This document shows, piece after piece, positions 1 to 8,308 of a stretch of 35,777 nt of DNA (within the stretch, counting starts at the first letter, position 1; each line of letters begins with the position of its first letter). The notes below the pieces were generated by a model. That model ran no database searches and was not told the DNA's origin. It was given only the letters and a program-made list of their open reading frames with translations. Source of the stretch: a virus (Duplodnaviria; Caudoviricetes); IMG/VR virus record IMGVR_UViG_3300008255_000273, positions 1 to 35,777 of that record; one strand, given 5' to 3'. The position numbers and the translations under genes were made by a program.

Positions 1-242
1 GTGTGTTTTTTCTACCTTTATTTATATCAGACAATAGCTGTCTTGTTTTTCAGAAACGGGTCTGCCTATTCCTTTTTTTGATATTTTTCTTCTTGTTTCA
101 TCTGAAACCACATAATTTTTTCTGGACTCCCTATAAACCTTCAGATGACACTCCGTACAAACATTACAAACTACTAAACCCTTTGACTTATATTTTTTGT
201 ATATAAGTTGTCTTCAGTTTCACAATATTTGCATTTTTTCAT
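1..242 (-). pseudogene. Frameshifted N-terminal part of a NUMOD3-repeat (homing-endonuclease-like) gene, running off the window edge
   Basis: ATG at 242 reads MKKCKYCETEDNLYTK. The next frame reads YKSKGLVVCNVCTECHLKVYRESRKNYVVSDETRRKISKKGIGRPVSEK, and the next TRQLLSDINKGRK. SDETRRKIS and SEKTRQLLS are NUMOD3-like repeats. The frame breaks fall in A-runs. Confidence 0.65.
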
Positions 243-267
243 TCTGATATCTTTTGCAAAGTCTTTA

Positions 268-822
268 TTAGTCTCTGGTTTTATCGTAAGAATTTTTTAA
301 CCTCTTACATAATATGTTTAATCTTTCTTTAGGTTCAACATATTTTTTAAGTTTACTATAATAATCCGGAACTTCTGCTAAGTGTTGTAAAGCAATCTTT
401 TTAGCTTCTTCTTTATCATCAGTATGTTCCATTTCAACCTCTATTCCCATAGCTAATTCTTCTGGGTCAACGTCTTCTTCTTTTGCCGGTTCTGCAACCT
501 CTTGTAAAGATTCAGTCATTTTTTTATAAATACTCATAACAATCGCAAAATCACGGTCTTCTGTAGGTTCTTTTCCATAGGATTTTTTGAACGCCTTTTT
601 AGCTTTCTCCCATTCCTTTTCATCTACTCCTCTAATTTCAACTAATGAGTTTAATCTAATAGAATAATCTATAGATTCCTTTTTGGTCTCTTTATCTTTT
701 AAGAAATTATATATAATAAAAGCCAGAATTCCTGCTTGTATAGGGTTCCTCATGATAGAACGTACGAACTTCCAAACGAAATCAGGTATTTTAAGCTCTG
801 TAAAAAAGTCTTGATTATTCAT
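268..822 (-). CDS. DUF5661-family protein
   Basis: C-terminal ELAMGIEVEMEHTDDKEEAKKIALQHLAEVPDYYSKL matches the DUF5661 pattern from recall. The N-terminus has one hydrophobic segment. Confidence 0.7.
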   Translation of the reverse strand: MNNQDFFTELKIPDFVWKFVRSIMRNPIQAGILAFIIYNFLKDKETKKESIDYSIRLNSLVEIRGVDEKEWEKAKKAFKKSYGKEPTEDRDFAIVMSIYKKMTESLQEVAEPAKEEDVDPEELAMGIEVEMEHTDDKEEAKKIALQHLAEVPDYYSKLKKYVEPKERLNILCKRLKNSYDKTRD

Positions 823-860
823 TTTAATATATAGATTAGATAATATATATTTAAATATAT

Positions 861-1112
861 TTATTCTAAACTCTTATAATAATTATATGCCAGTGGTGTT
901 GCTTTTAACCAAATTGCTCTTCTAGTAGCACCACTTTGTTGCTCCACTAAGAAATCATCTTTAAACTTACTTGCCCACCTTACACAATGCCAAGCCTCTA
1001 TAGGAGTCATTGTGAACTCTTTTTGAATTTCAAACGTTGTTCTGTAAATATCACAAAACAATACTAACTGCTCAAAATTAACTTTATCCTTCCAACCCAT
1101 CTTATACACCAC
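861..1112 (-). CDS. Hypothetical protein (possible small winged-helix)
   Basis: 83-aa ORF with its own BRE/TATA (CCGAAAAC TTTATAAA on the minus strand, about 1157-1172). Confidence 0.55.
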   Translation of the reverse strand: MVYKMGWKDKVNFEQLVLFCDIYRTTFEIQKEFTMTPIEAWHCVRWASKFKDDFLVEQQSGATRRAIWLKATPLAYNYYKSLE

Positions 1113-1197
1113 AAAATATATATTTAAAACTATATATTATATCACAATAGTATGTGTTTATAAAGTTTTCGGTTTTAAAGAAAGAAAAAAATAAAAT

Positions 1198-3618
1198 TTA
1201 ACTGTAAGGTATTATTGAACATCTACAGTTAATTAGGTTCACTTCTTTATTGGCAATCTTCTTTAATAAATCATCAATATTGAAAACTCGATTATTCATT
1301 CCTCGGTGTTCTTCTCTAACCTTGGAATCACCTCTAGTAATCCATTTAACCGTGTCGAATCCTGAACGCTTAAACTTTTGAAGTCTTAAAATCTTACTAG
1401 CTGTATTAAGTTCAGTTCTTAAAATTCTGTCAAACTTCCAACTAACACCATCTTCATAATCAAAGTTTTTACGAATAGCCTTTTTAATGTCTGCACTTGA
1501 CTGTCCTACACTTATTCCTGTAGTTATTTGTGTTTTGATATCAGCCAACATTTTATCTTTAGTAGTCTTAATTTGTGTTTTAATGTTATCACTCATAAGC
1601 TTCTTTTTACGTTGAATCATATCCTTTGTTAAATTATCTACAGTTACGTTGTCTTGAGACCCGTCAGTTACAGTAACTCCCAACTTATTCATTGCGTTGG
1701 TTACTGCTTTATTTATGTTAACATTGAAAGTTTTAAACAAATCATCTAGCTTAGTAAGAATGTTTATGTTTAAAAATTTTTCTTTTAAATCAGAGTGTTC
1801 ATCAATTAGTTTAGAAATATTCTTAAGCTGTCTATCCAACTCTGTTTTAATTTCTTTCTCTAACTCTTTAGCTATTTTGTCCTCGTCTGATTCTTCGTCT
1901 TCAAACTCGTCAAAACTCTTCTTAATTTTGTCAACATATTTATTAAAAGTTAAATTGTAAGTATCCTTTTCCGTAATCTTTGGGTCGAATGTTTCAAGTA
2001 TAGATAATCCATCGAATAACATTATTTGGTCTTTTGCATCAACCAATCGTATATCGTGTCCACCTATGTTTTGATATCTAATTTCTTCCCAACCTGAGAT
2101 TTTAAGTTCTGGGTTTTTTGACTTAAGTTTGGTTTTAAAGGTTGCGAATGACATTGACTGGGAGGTAGCAACTTCGGAGAATGAACAACAATTATTCCTC
2201 TCTAAATTAACTACCTCCATGTCAGGCTCCTCTGCCTTTTTACCCTGTTTAGGGTTGTTGTTAGTATCGTTCTCGTCTACCTTCCCACTTTGTTTAGCAA
2301 TGTCATCGAAAATTTCTGCGTCCAAAATTCCCATTTTCATTAAGTAAGCTCTTGCTTCTTTAGGTTCAATAATACTAGAGTTAATTAAATCCTGCACTTT
2401 TCTAATGTAGTAACTGTCATCAATAATTTTAGGCTCATCAAACACGTATGTAGCATCTTCAGCTAAGAAAGTGTACGTTTTTTTAAGTTCTCTCAATATA
2501 CTACTATCTAAAAATCTAATAAGTCCATTCTGTGCTGTTTTAACTCTCTGTAATAGTGAAGGCATGGAAATTTCTGCTCCCTGTGTTGTTGCACTATCAC
2601 TCCAAGGTGTTAAATGATTAGGTAGTAAACTTGAAATAAGCATTCGTCTTAAGATATCAAATACTCCTTCCATTAAATCGTAATTCCCACTAGTATTAAT
2701 ATCCTGCTGTAATAGTTTTAAAGGGATATTAAGTAAGGTGTAACTTTTTTTTGCACTGTCTAACTGGTCTCCGATTCCGTCCAAAGTATCCTGGTCTATG
2801 TTAATTCCGGACTCACTGTCAGCAACTGTTATAATCTTTTGGTCCACTTGTTTTGTTCTACTAATTGTGTCCCAGGAACTCATAATTTCTCCTAGTATGT
2901 TATGAGCATCTAAAGCACTTAATAAAGGACTACGACCATATAAGTTATCTCTACTCCAACCACTCTTATAGTGTCTAATTTTCCAACCTGGTAGAGGGAA
3001 TCCCCAAACCTTCTTAAACACGTATTGATAGTTTTTAATATAAGTTACTGTATAAAATGTAGGTGTTTGCCATTCTCCCATATACTCAAATCTTTTAATT
3101 CCAATAGGTAGTTGAAAGATGAAAGCTGTTTTACCATGCACATCGTTTGGGTTAACAAAAATACGGGAAGCGTCGTTAATACTGAACACATTATCTAATA
3201 CTGTACTGTCTCCAGGACCGTCAGTTTCAACATAGTATCGTTCAAGGTAAGCGTTCCCTGTCATGGTTTTTGTTAAGTATATATTTTTGAACTCGTCTAA
3301 TATACCTTCTCTCATTGAATGCCATTTCTCTAGGAACTCTACAGTTTTTTTATCTTCACTGCTAATTTTTATTTCTTTGTTAGGTATAACAAAGTCTGAT
3401 AGTTGATTTAAACCGCTATTAACTATAGGGTTTATTTCATACATTTCCATACCTTTATTTATTTCGTAATGAGGAGTTCTCTCTTCATTCTTATCAGTGT
3501 TCCCTCTTCCAAAAGAAACTGCTCCCAGGTCAGAGAGTCTCATGTTTCCTTTAGTTTCCGAACGAACCTTCCCATCGAAATCTAAATCAGTAGCCAAAAA
3601 TTCTTTTAATTTTCTCAT
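1198..3618 (-). CDS. Portal protein fused to a C-terminal MuF/SPP1-gp7-like minor head domain
   Basis: The N-terminal ~440 aa are portal-like (YEINPIVNSGLNQL, TGNAYLE, LYGRSPLLSALD). The C-terminus RILRTELN...VKWITRGDSKVREEH...NCRCSIIP is the Phage_Mu_F signature. Lies downstream of TerL. Confidence 0.85.
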   Translation of the reverse strand: MRKLKEFLATDLDFDGKVRSETKGNMRLSDLGAVSFGRGNTDKNEERTPHYEINKGMEMYEINPIVNSGLNQLSDFVIPNKEIKISSEDKKTVEFLEKWHSMREGILDEFKNIYLTKTMTGNAYLERYYVETDGPGDSTVLDNVFSINDASRIFVNPNDVHGKTAFIFQLPIGIKRFEYMGEWQTPTFYTVTYIKNYQYVFKKVWGFPLPGWKIRHYKSGWSRDNLYGRSPLLSALDAHNILGEIMSSWDTISRTKQVDQKIITVADSESGINIDQDTLDGIGDQLDSAKKSYTLLNIPLKLLQQDINTSGNYDLMEGVFDILRRMLISSLLPNHLTPWSDSATTQGAEISMPSLLQRVKTAQNGLIRFLDSSILRELKKTYTFLAEDATYVFDEPKIIDDSYYIRKVQDLINSSIIEPKEARAYLMKMGILDAEIFDDIAKQSGKVDENDTNNNPKQGKKAEEPDMEVVNLERNNCCSFSEVATSQSMSFATFKTKLKSKNPELKISGWEEIRYQNIGGHDIRLVDAKDQIMLFDGLSILETFDPKITEKDTYNLTFNKYVDKIKKSFDEFEDEESDEDKIAKELEKEIKTELDRQLKNISKLIDEHSDLKEKFLNINILTKLDDLFKTFNVNINKAVTNAMNKLGVTVTDGSQDNVTVDNLTKDMIQRKKKLMSDNIKTQIKTTKDKMLADIKTQITTGISVGQSSADIKKAIRKNFDYEDGVSWKFDRILRTELNTASKILRLQKFKRSGFDTVKWITRGDSKVREEHRGMNNRVFNIDDLLKKIANKEVNLINCRCSIIPYS

Positions 3619-3887
3619 CGTTTAATTCTCCGAAATTGTAATAAGTAATCTTTATAATCTTCTGCAAGCATGTATAAACAAATTGCGGATAACAAGTTTA
3701 ACCAGGTAAGTTCAAAACTTAGTAATCTTAGAACAAAAAGATATACTAACCCGTCTAGTAATATATCCTTTGCTTTTTTAAAATAGTTTTTAGCTAATGG
3801 AATATAAAGGTTTTTAATTAGTAAGTACCCTCTTTTTTGCCTAATCTCTGCAGGGTCTATGAACTTAATCTTCTTCTGTAATTTCAT
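3615..3887 (-). CDS. Small membrane protein
   Basis: Two hydrophobic helices; the stop overlaps the portal ATG (ATGA). Confidence 0.6.
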   Translation of the reverse strand: MKLQKKIKFIDPAEIRQKRGYLLIKNLYIPLAKNYFKKAKDILLDGLVYLFVLRLLSFELTWLNLLSAICLYMLAEDYKDYLLQFRRIKR

Positions 3888-4323
3888 ATTCAGCTAGCCT
3901 CGATTTAGCATCATCCAACTGAGCTTGATAACTCTCCAAACGCTTTCGTTCGGTTTCTTCAAGTTTTTCCAGTTCAATTTTTTTAACCAGTTCAAAGTTT
4001 TCCAAGAATTGTTTAATAAAGTCCTTCTCCTCTTCAATTCTTTTCTCCTCTTCCTCTTTCATTTCTTTCCAGTAATCGTCGAAGTTCTCTAAGGCTTCCT
4101 GCTTTACTTTTTTTTGGAAGTTTAATTTTACCTCTTTCTCTCCCAATAGTTTCTGAAGGTCCATCATAGATATCTCTTTTTCAAGTAGTCTAACTCGATT
4201 TTCCAGAAAGTCCTTTTTCTTTAGGTATTCTTCTTCGTCCATTTCTGCTTCGAAATAAGATTTCCACAGATATAACTCTTTATCTTTTTTCAAAGATTTC
4301 TCGTCTTTAATTATATTTAACAT
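3865..4323 (-). CDS. Charged coiled-coil hypothetical protein
   Basis: E/K-rich helical ORF. ATG 4323 is preferred over TTG 4335 because a TATA (TTTAAATA) lies at about 4349-4356 on the minus strand. Confidence 0.65.
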   Translation of the reverse strand: MLNIIKDEKSLKKDKELYLWKSYFEAEMDEEEYLKKKDFLENRVRLLEKEISMMDLQKLLGEKEVKLNFQKKVKQEALENFDDYWKEMKEEEEKRIEEEKDFIKQFLENFELVKKIELEKLEETERKRLESYQAQLDDAKSRLAEYEITEED

Positions 4324-4379
4324 AATACTAGTCAATATATTACTAATAGTATTTAAATATATTTTATCTAATATAGTTT

Positions 4380-4419
4380 ACATCACAACAATCTTTATAT
4401 ACTACCTGTATTTAATAAT
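4380..4419 (+). promoter_or_regulatory. Archaeal-type promoter with conserved ACATCACAA upstream box
   Basis: ACATCACAA-N5-TTTATATA-N10-TTAATAAT. The box and TATA recur with the same spacing at 17987 and 20920. Confidence 0.7.
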
Positions 4420-4426
4420 TAATAAC

Positions 4427-4750
4427 ATGAATTTTCACAAAGAAACTTTAGAATGGATGCAGCAAATTAAAAATTTGTGTGTTGAGGCAAAAGAAAAAGC
4501 AAAGAACTCAGAACAGTTCTTAAACAGAGTTCAACTTAAGATAAAGAACGAGAACGAAAGAATTATTGCTCTGCAAAAGGAATTGTCTACTGTATGTTCC
4601 CAAATTTCAGAGAAGCAAAACAATAAGGAAACCACCACACCTTTGAAGGAAAAGGAGTACAACCTCTTAAAACAAATTGAACAAAAGAAATACCCTGGAG
4701 AGGTTAAGGTTACAGACAAAGAAATGTTTTTAAAAATATATTACTCATAA
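4427..4750 (+). CDS. Coiled-coil hypothetical protein, the lone + strand gene in the left arm
   Basis: 107-aa ORF immediately downstream of its own promoter. Confidence 0.7.
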   Translation: MNFHKETLEWMQQIKNLCVEAKEKAKNSEQFLNRVQLKIKNENERIIALQKELSTVCSQISEKQNNKETTTPLKEKEYNLLKQIEQKKYPGEVKVTDKEMFLKIYYS

Positions 4751-4755
4751 CAATA

Positions 4756-5268
4756 TTATAATTTGGAAGGTAACCCTTCCCTTTCATAATATATGCTTAG
4801 AGTAAAAATATAATCACTTAACCTATTAACATAAGCAAAAACCACGGGTCTAAGACTTTGAACTCTTAACAACTTAGTTAAAACTCTTTCAAGTTTTCTA
4901 ATCCGAACACGCAATTCGTTTGTCTGGACCCCTTTTATAGTTTTGAACCTTTGAAAGCTATCTAACTTAATATTATGTTCGTCTATCAACTGTTCTAACT
5001 TATCTACGAAGCCTTGAGATATAACTCTTGGCAAGTTAGTTGTCTTTCCACTACTCACCTCAGCTCCTAACATATATAGAGCGTCATAGATTCTATTTAA
5101 TTGCTTAAGGGTATGTTCTGTACTCTCATAAAAGATAAGCGATTCTAGCGAAGCTATGCTCTCATCTATTAGACCGTTAATCTCAATAATTAAATCATCC
5201 TTACGAAATCTTTGACCACTAAAACTTGAAGTAGTTCCTTGGTCTCCTGTTCTTGTGTAAATGTTCAT
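4756..5268 (-). CDS. pduO: ATP:cob(I)alamin adenosyltransferase, PduO type
   Basis: IYTRTGDQGTTS, RFRKDDLIIEINGLIDE, RVRIRKLER and YVNRLSDYIFTL motifs. Confidence 0.9.
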   Translation of the reverse strand: MNIYTRTGDQGTTSSFSGQRFRKDDLIIEINGLIDESIASLESLIFYESTEHTLKQLNRIYDALYMLGAEVSSGKTTNLPRVISQGFVDKLEQLIDEHNIKLDSFQRFKTIKGVQTNELRVRIRKLERVLTKLLRVQSLRPVVFAYVNRLSDYIFTLSIYYEREGLPSKL

Positions 5269-5573
5269 TTTAGAGAAACCTTTCTAAAGATAATAAAGTC
5301 TTCACCGTTGTTCCAAGATAAATATTTATCGTCATCAATAATTGTTACTCCACTCTCTTGAAGATTTGCAATAATTTCTCCACGGTACCATATTTGCACA
5401 TGGTGAATAGTTTCATCAGGTTCATTCCAATCATTACACCAACCAGAGTTTCCCATTTTCACTTCACAAAGAGTATTAATATTTATTAATTCAAATCCTT
5501 TCTTAAACCACTTCTCTCTGAATTTCTGAACATCACTAGTACTATATCTTTCTTTATTAATTACTTTTTTCAT
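5265..5573 (-). CDS. Hypothetical protein
   Basis: 102-aa ORF with a GAGG RBS; ATGA overlap with pduO. Confidence 0.65.
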   Translation of the reverse strand: MKKVINKERYSTSDVQKFREKWFKKGFELININTLCEVKMGNSGWCNDWNEPDETIHHVQIWYRGEIIANLQESGVTIIDDDKYLSWNNGEDFIIFRKVSLK

Positions 5574-5602
5574 TTATATTCCTCTTGATTTTATTATCTC
5601 TG

Positions 5603-5731
5603 ACGAAAGTTTGTGCCCTTTAATTTTCTTGTAGAAGTAATATAAAGGGTAGCCGTTGAGACCATGAGGTATTTCCTAATTCATGGTCCCGCACTGGCCT
5701 TGTACATACACGGCAAACGTATGTCTTCCAT
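5603..5731 (-). ncRNA. Candidate structured RNA downstream of the tRNA pair
   Basis: GC-richer non-coding segment with three hairpins (5704-5709/5719-5724, 5658-5667/5681-5690, 5616-5622/5643-5649) and a possible closing stem (5725-5731/5603-5609). Confidence 0.45.
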
Positions 5732-5744
5732 ATGTAAGTATAAA

Positions 5745-5819
5745 TGGAGCTCCCGACCCGACTTGAACAGGCAACCTTCGGTTTACAAAACCGATGCTCT
5801 ACCATTGAGCCACGAAAGC
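5745..5819 (-). tRNA. tRNA-Thr(UGU), CCA encoded
   Basis: GCTTTCG TG GCTC AATGGTA GAGC A TCGGT TTTGTAA ACCGA AGGTT GCCTG TTCAAGT CGGGT CGGGAGC T CCA forms a full cloverleaf. Confidence 0.95.
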
Positions 5820-5825
5820 ATTAAA

Positions 5826-5897
5826 TACGACGGGTGAGATTCGAACTCACAAATCCAGGTTGGAAGCCTAGCAGTTTACCATTGAGCTTACCATCGT
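5826..5897 (-). tRNA. tRNA-Gly(UCC), no encoded CCA
   Basis: Acceptor stem ACGATGG/CCGTCGT, anticodon arm CTAGG CTTCCAA CCTGG, T arm GTGAG TTCGAAT CTCAC, A73 discriminator. The D stem has one mismatch. Confidence 0.9.
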
Positions 5898-5934
5898 ATG
5901 AAAAATAAAATTTATATAATTATCTAAAGACAAC

Positions 5935-5950
5935 TATATAAATGTTTTGG
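5935..5950 (-). promoter_or_regulatory. BRE+TATA promoter of the tRNA unit
   Basis: CCAAAACA TTTATATA on the minus strand, about 40 nt upstream of tRNA-Gly. Confidence 0.6.
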
Positions 5951-5951
5951 T

Positions 5952-6152
5952 TTACTCCTCTGATTCTTTAGCTAGAACTTTACGTCCTAAGTTAATAAGA
6001 ATACTAAGTACTGTAGCAACAACAACAGACCACTCACCGTAGTCAAAGGCTAGAGCAGAGTCACTAACTATAGTAATTGCTGCACCTGCACCTGCAATTA
6101 AAGCACCCTTTCCTACTTTTTTAAGATTTTCTTTATTAATTTTTAATTTCAT
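5952..6152 (-). CDS. Small two-TM membrane protein (holin-like topology)
   Basis: Basic N-terminus followed by the hydrophobic segments GALIAGAGAAITIV and WSVVVATVLSILINL. Confidence 0.6.
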   Translation of the reverse strand: MKLKINKENLKKVGKGALIAGAGAAITIVSDSALAFDYGEWSVVVATVLSILINLGRKVLAKESEE

Positions 6153-6154
6153 TT

Positions 6155-6361
6155 TTATAATTCCTCCAAATTAATCTTTTCAAACTCCACTTTACTATAA
6201 GTCCCTTTATTTTGAAAAATACTCAAACATTCCCTGCACACAAAAATATATCTTTTTCCATTTATGTTTTTGTTTGTTCTAACAACTCTCTTATTTTTGC
6301 ACTTCGGACACCACCTAATATATCTATTACTATATTTGGTTTTGGTGTTCACGTCTTCCAA
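6155..6361 (-). CDS. Zn-ribbon protein
   Basis: CPKC...CREC; start codon uncertain. Confidence 0.6.
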   Translation of the reverse strand: MEDVNTKTKYSNRYIRWCPKCKNKRVVRTNKNINGKRYIFVCRECLSIFQNKGTYSKVEFEKINLEEL

Positions 6362-6402
6362 TATGGTATGTAAATAATTTTTAACATCTATTTTAAATAA
6401 AA

Positions 6403-8136
6403 CTACTTATATTTAAATGTTTTGTTTTGTTTATAAAATTTCATTCGGTCCTTTAGTGGACTGTCGTGAAATTCTTCCACCTTCTCTTGTGCTTCTTTAG
6501 TTGTTATTTCAGGTTCCTCTGTATGTCCTCCTACGAACACGTTATGCTGTCTTCCTGCCACTTTCCAAGTAATAGGTAGTAAGGCTAAGCCATCAGCTAC
6601 GGTACTATCACAGTGACCTATCTCTTTGTCTTCCTCTGCTTTGTACTTACGGTCCCACCCTGCGAATTGTTTTAATTGTAATTCATCATCTTGGTATCTT
6701 ACCTGTGCTCGTTTAATCATCATAATCTGATTAGTGTGTAAATACTCGTTAATGCTAATACTTTGTTTGTTTACTGTTTTCACTCTGATACTTCCTCTAA
6801 ACACCTCTACAATCTGAGGGAACTTTTTCTTTAAGTTCTGTGCCATCTGGTAAGCAAGTCCATTTCCGTCTATTCTGAACTTGGTAAAAGGAATAGTAAT
6901 AAGTAGTCTTTCAAGGAAATGTTCTCTTTCTGTTAAGTCACTTTTCTTTTCTTGTTCTAAGTATATCTGGTCAAACGTGTTGGTTTCTTCATTGTATTTA
7001 AATATTGTTATTGCAAAGAAGTGCCCTCCTTCTCCTGCAGGGTCTGCTCCTCCGAAGTATATTCCTGGTGGGAACTCTTGGTCTATATCCCAATTAGTTC
7101 CTTCAAAACAAGCGTCTTGCACTTCTGCAATATTGTATAGTTGTGCATCGTCTGGAGTAACTACTGCCATGTACTCCTCTAAGAAAGTATATATATCTTC
7201 ATTCAGAATACTTCTTAAGGAGTTTTCTCCCTCTTTTAAATGCCAAGGTACTATTGAAACCAACTTACTCCAATTTTCAAAAGGCTTGTCTATGTTGAAA
7301 AGTTTAGGATCGAATACAGGCCATGAGAGTAGTCTAAAGTTTGTAACTAATCCGTCTTTAATCTTTTTTATTAGTCCTTCTCTCCAATAATAGTATTTAG
7401 TAAACCCTTTAAGTGTTGTTCCTATGGTTATCTGGTGGTGAATATTTCCATCATCTACTGAGCCATCTGTGTTAATAACCGCTCCCCTCTTAGAATCTCT
7501 CAAAGCAGTATAGATGGGTTTAAAAAATCTCATGAAGTTGGACTCGTCAATAAGTCCTCTAGTTGTACGAACTCCTCGTATAACTTCTGCACTGTCAGGA
7601 CTAAGTCCAGCGTACCCTTGCCATCTAACCTTTCTATCAGGGAAGTGAATATATAATGCTCCAAACTTTGCTATTTTAGGGTCGAAAGGCCAATAGTCTA
7701 TAGTGAATCTTTCATCCCCACATTTACAGTTTCTTTTTAAGCTATTACAATTAGGACACACCTTCAACTGTATAGGAGTCATTTGTTTAATTATTTTCTC
7801 TGCTTCGTCAATAAGCTCCTTTACCTTCTGCTCATTAATCCTACTAAGAGGTACAATCTCGTCTCTGTATTTATAGTTTCCCGTTGCTAGTCTTATAATA
7901 CTAGAAATAGTAAAAGAAGTGTTCCGGCTCTTATCTACCAAGTCGTACTTAGCTTTAGCTCCCATTACTGCTATGTCGTTAGAATGAAAGTGTCTTTGGT
8001 GAGAAGTAAGTTTTATAGGTTCCCAACGACCATCTCCTAACTGTACTTTGAAAACTGCTTCAATCATCTTGAAGTATCTTTCAACTCCTTCTGGGTATTC
8101 CCTGTCAGGATACCAGCTTGGATATTTACTAACCAT
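6403..8136 (-). CDS. terL: Terminase large subunit
   Basis: Q-motif LTSHQ, Walker A-like KSRNTSFT, Walker B IRG...GLIDESNF, motif III GTT, and RNase H-like nuclease motifs GADPA, IDGNG, HCDSTVADGLA. Confidence 0.85.
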   Translation of the reverse strand: MVSKYPSWYPDREYPEGVERYFKMIEAVFKVQLGDGRWEPIKLTSHQRHFHSNDIAVMGAKAKYDLVDKSRNTSFTISSIIRLATGNYKYRDEIVPLSRINEQKVKELIDEAEKIIKQMTPIQLKVCPNCNSLKRNCKCGDERFTIDYWPFDPKIAKFGALYIHFPDRKVRWQGYAGLSPDSAEVIRGVRTTRGLIDESNFMRFFKPIYTALRDSKRGAVINTDGSVDDGNIHHQITIGTTLKGFTKYYYWREGLIKKIKDGLVTNFRLLSWPVFDPKLFNIDKPFENWSKLVSIVPWHLKEGENSLRSILNEDIYTFLEEYMAVVTPDDAQLYNIAEVQDACFEGTNWDIDQEFPPGIYFGGADPAGEGGHFFAITIFKYNEETNTFDQIYLEQEKKSDLTEREHFLERLLITIPFTKFRIDGNGLAYQMAQNLKKKFPQIVEVFRGSIRVKTVNKQSISINEYLHTNQIMMIKRAQVRYQDDELQLKQFAGWDRKYKAEEDKEIGHCDSTVADGLALLPITWKVAGRQHNVFVGGHTEEPEITTKEAQEKVEEFHDSPLKDRMKFYKQNKTFKYK

Positions 8137-8308
8137 TTTTATACAACCCTCTTATTTTGTGTTTCATACAGAGAGTCATTTTTAAAATAAAGAATTGATT
8201 GTGTTTTAAAGTTTTGTAGGGTAGTAGAATGTAGTTAACTATTATAGACATCTTATAAGCTCTCTTAATATTTATTAAATCTACAATTACCTTATTTAAA
8301 TATATTTA

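Noticed and set aside
3-206. 67-aa + strand ORF
   Set aside because: F/L-rich antisense shadow of the minus-strand NUMOD3 reading.
5600-5744. Hammerhead (CTGACGA at 5600) or tRNA-associated HDV-like theta ribozyme
   Set aside because: I could not build stem II plus GAAA for a hammerhead, nor the nested double pseudoknot next to the tRNA 3' end.
5620-5805. 61-aa minus-strand ORF
   Set aside because: It starts inside tRNA-Thr and spans the structured RNA; no coding features.
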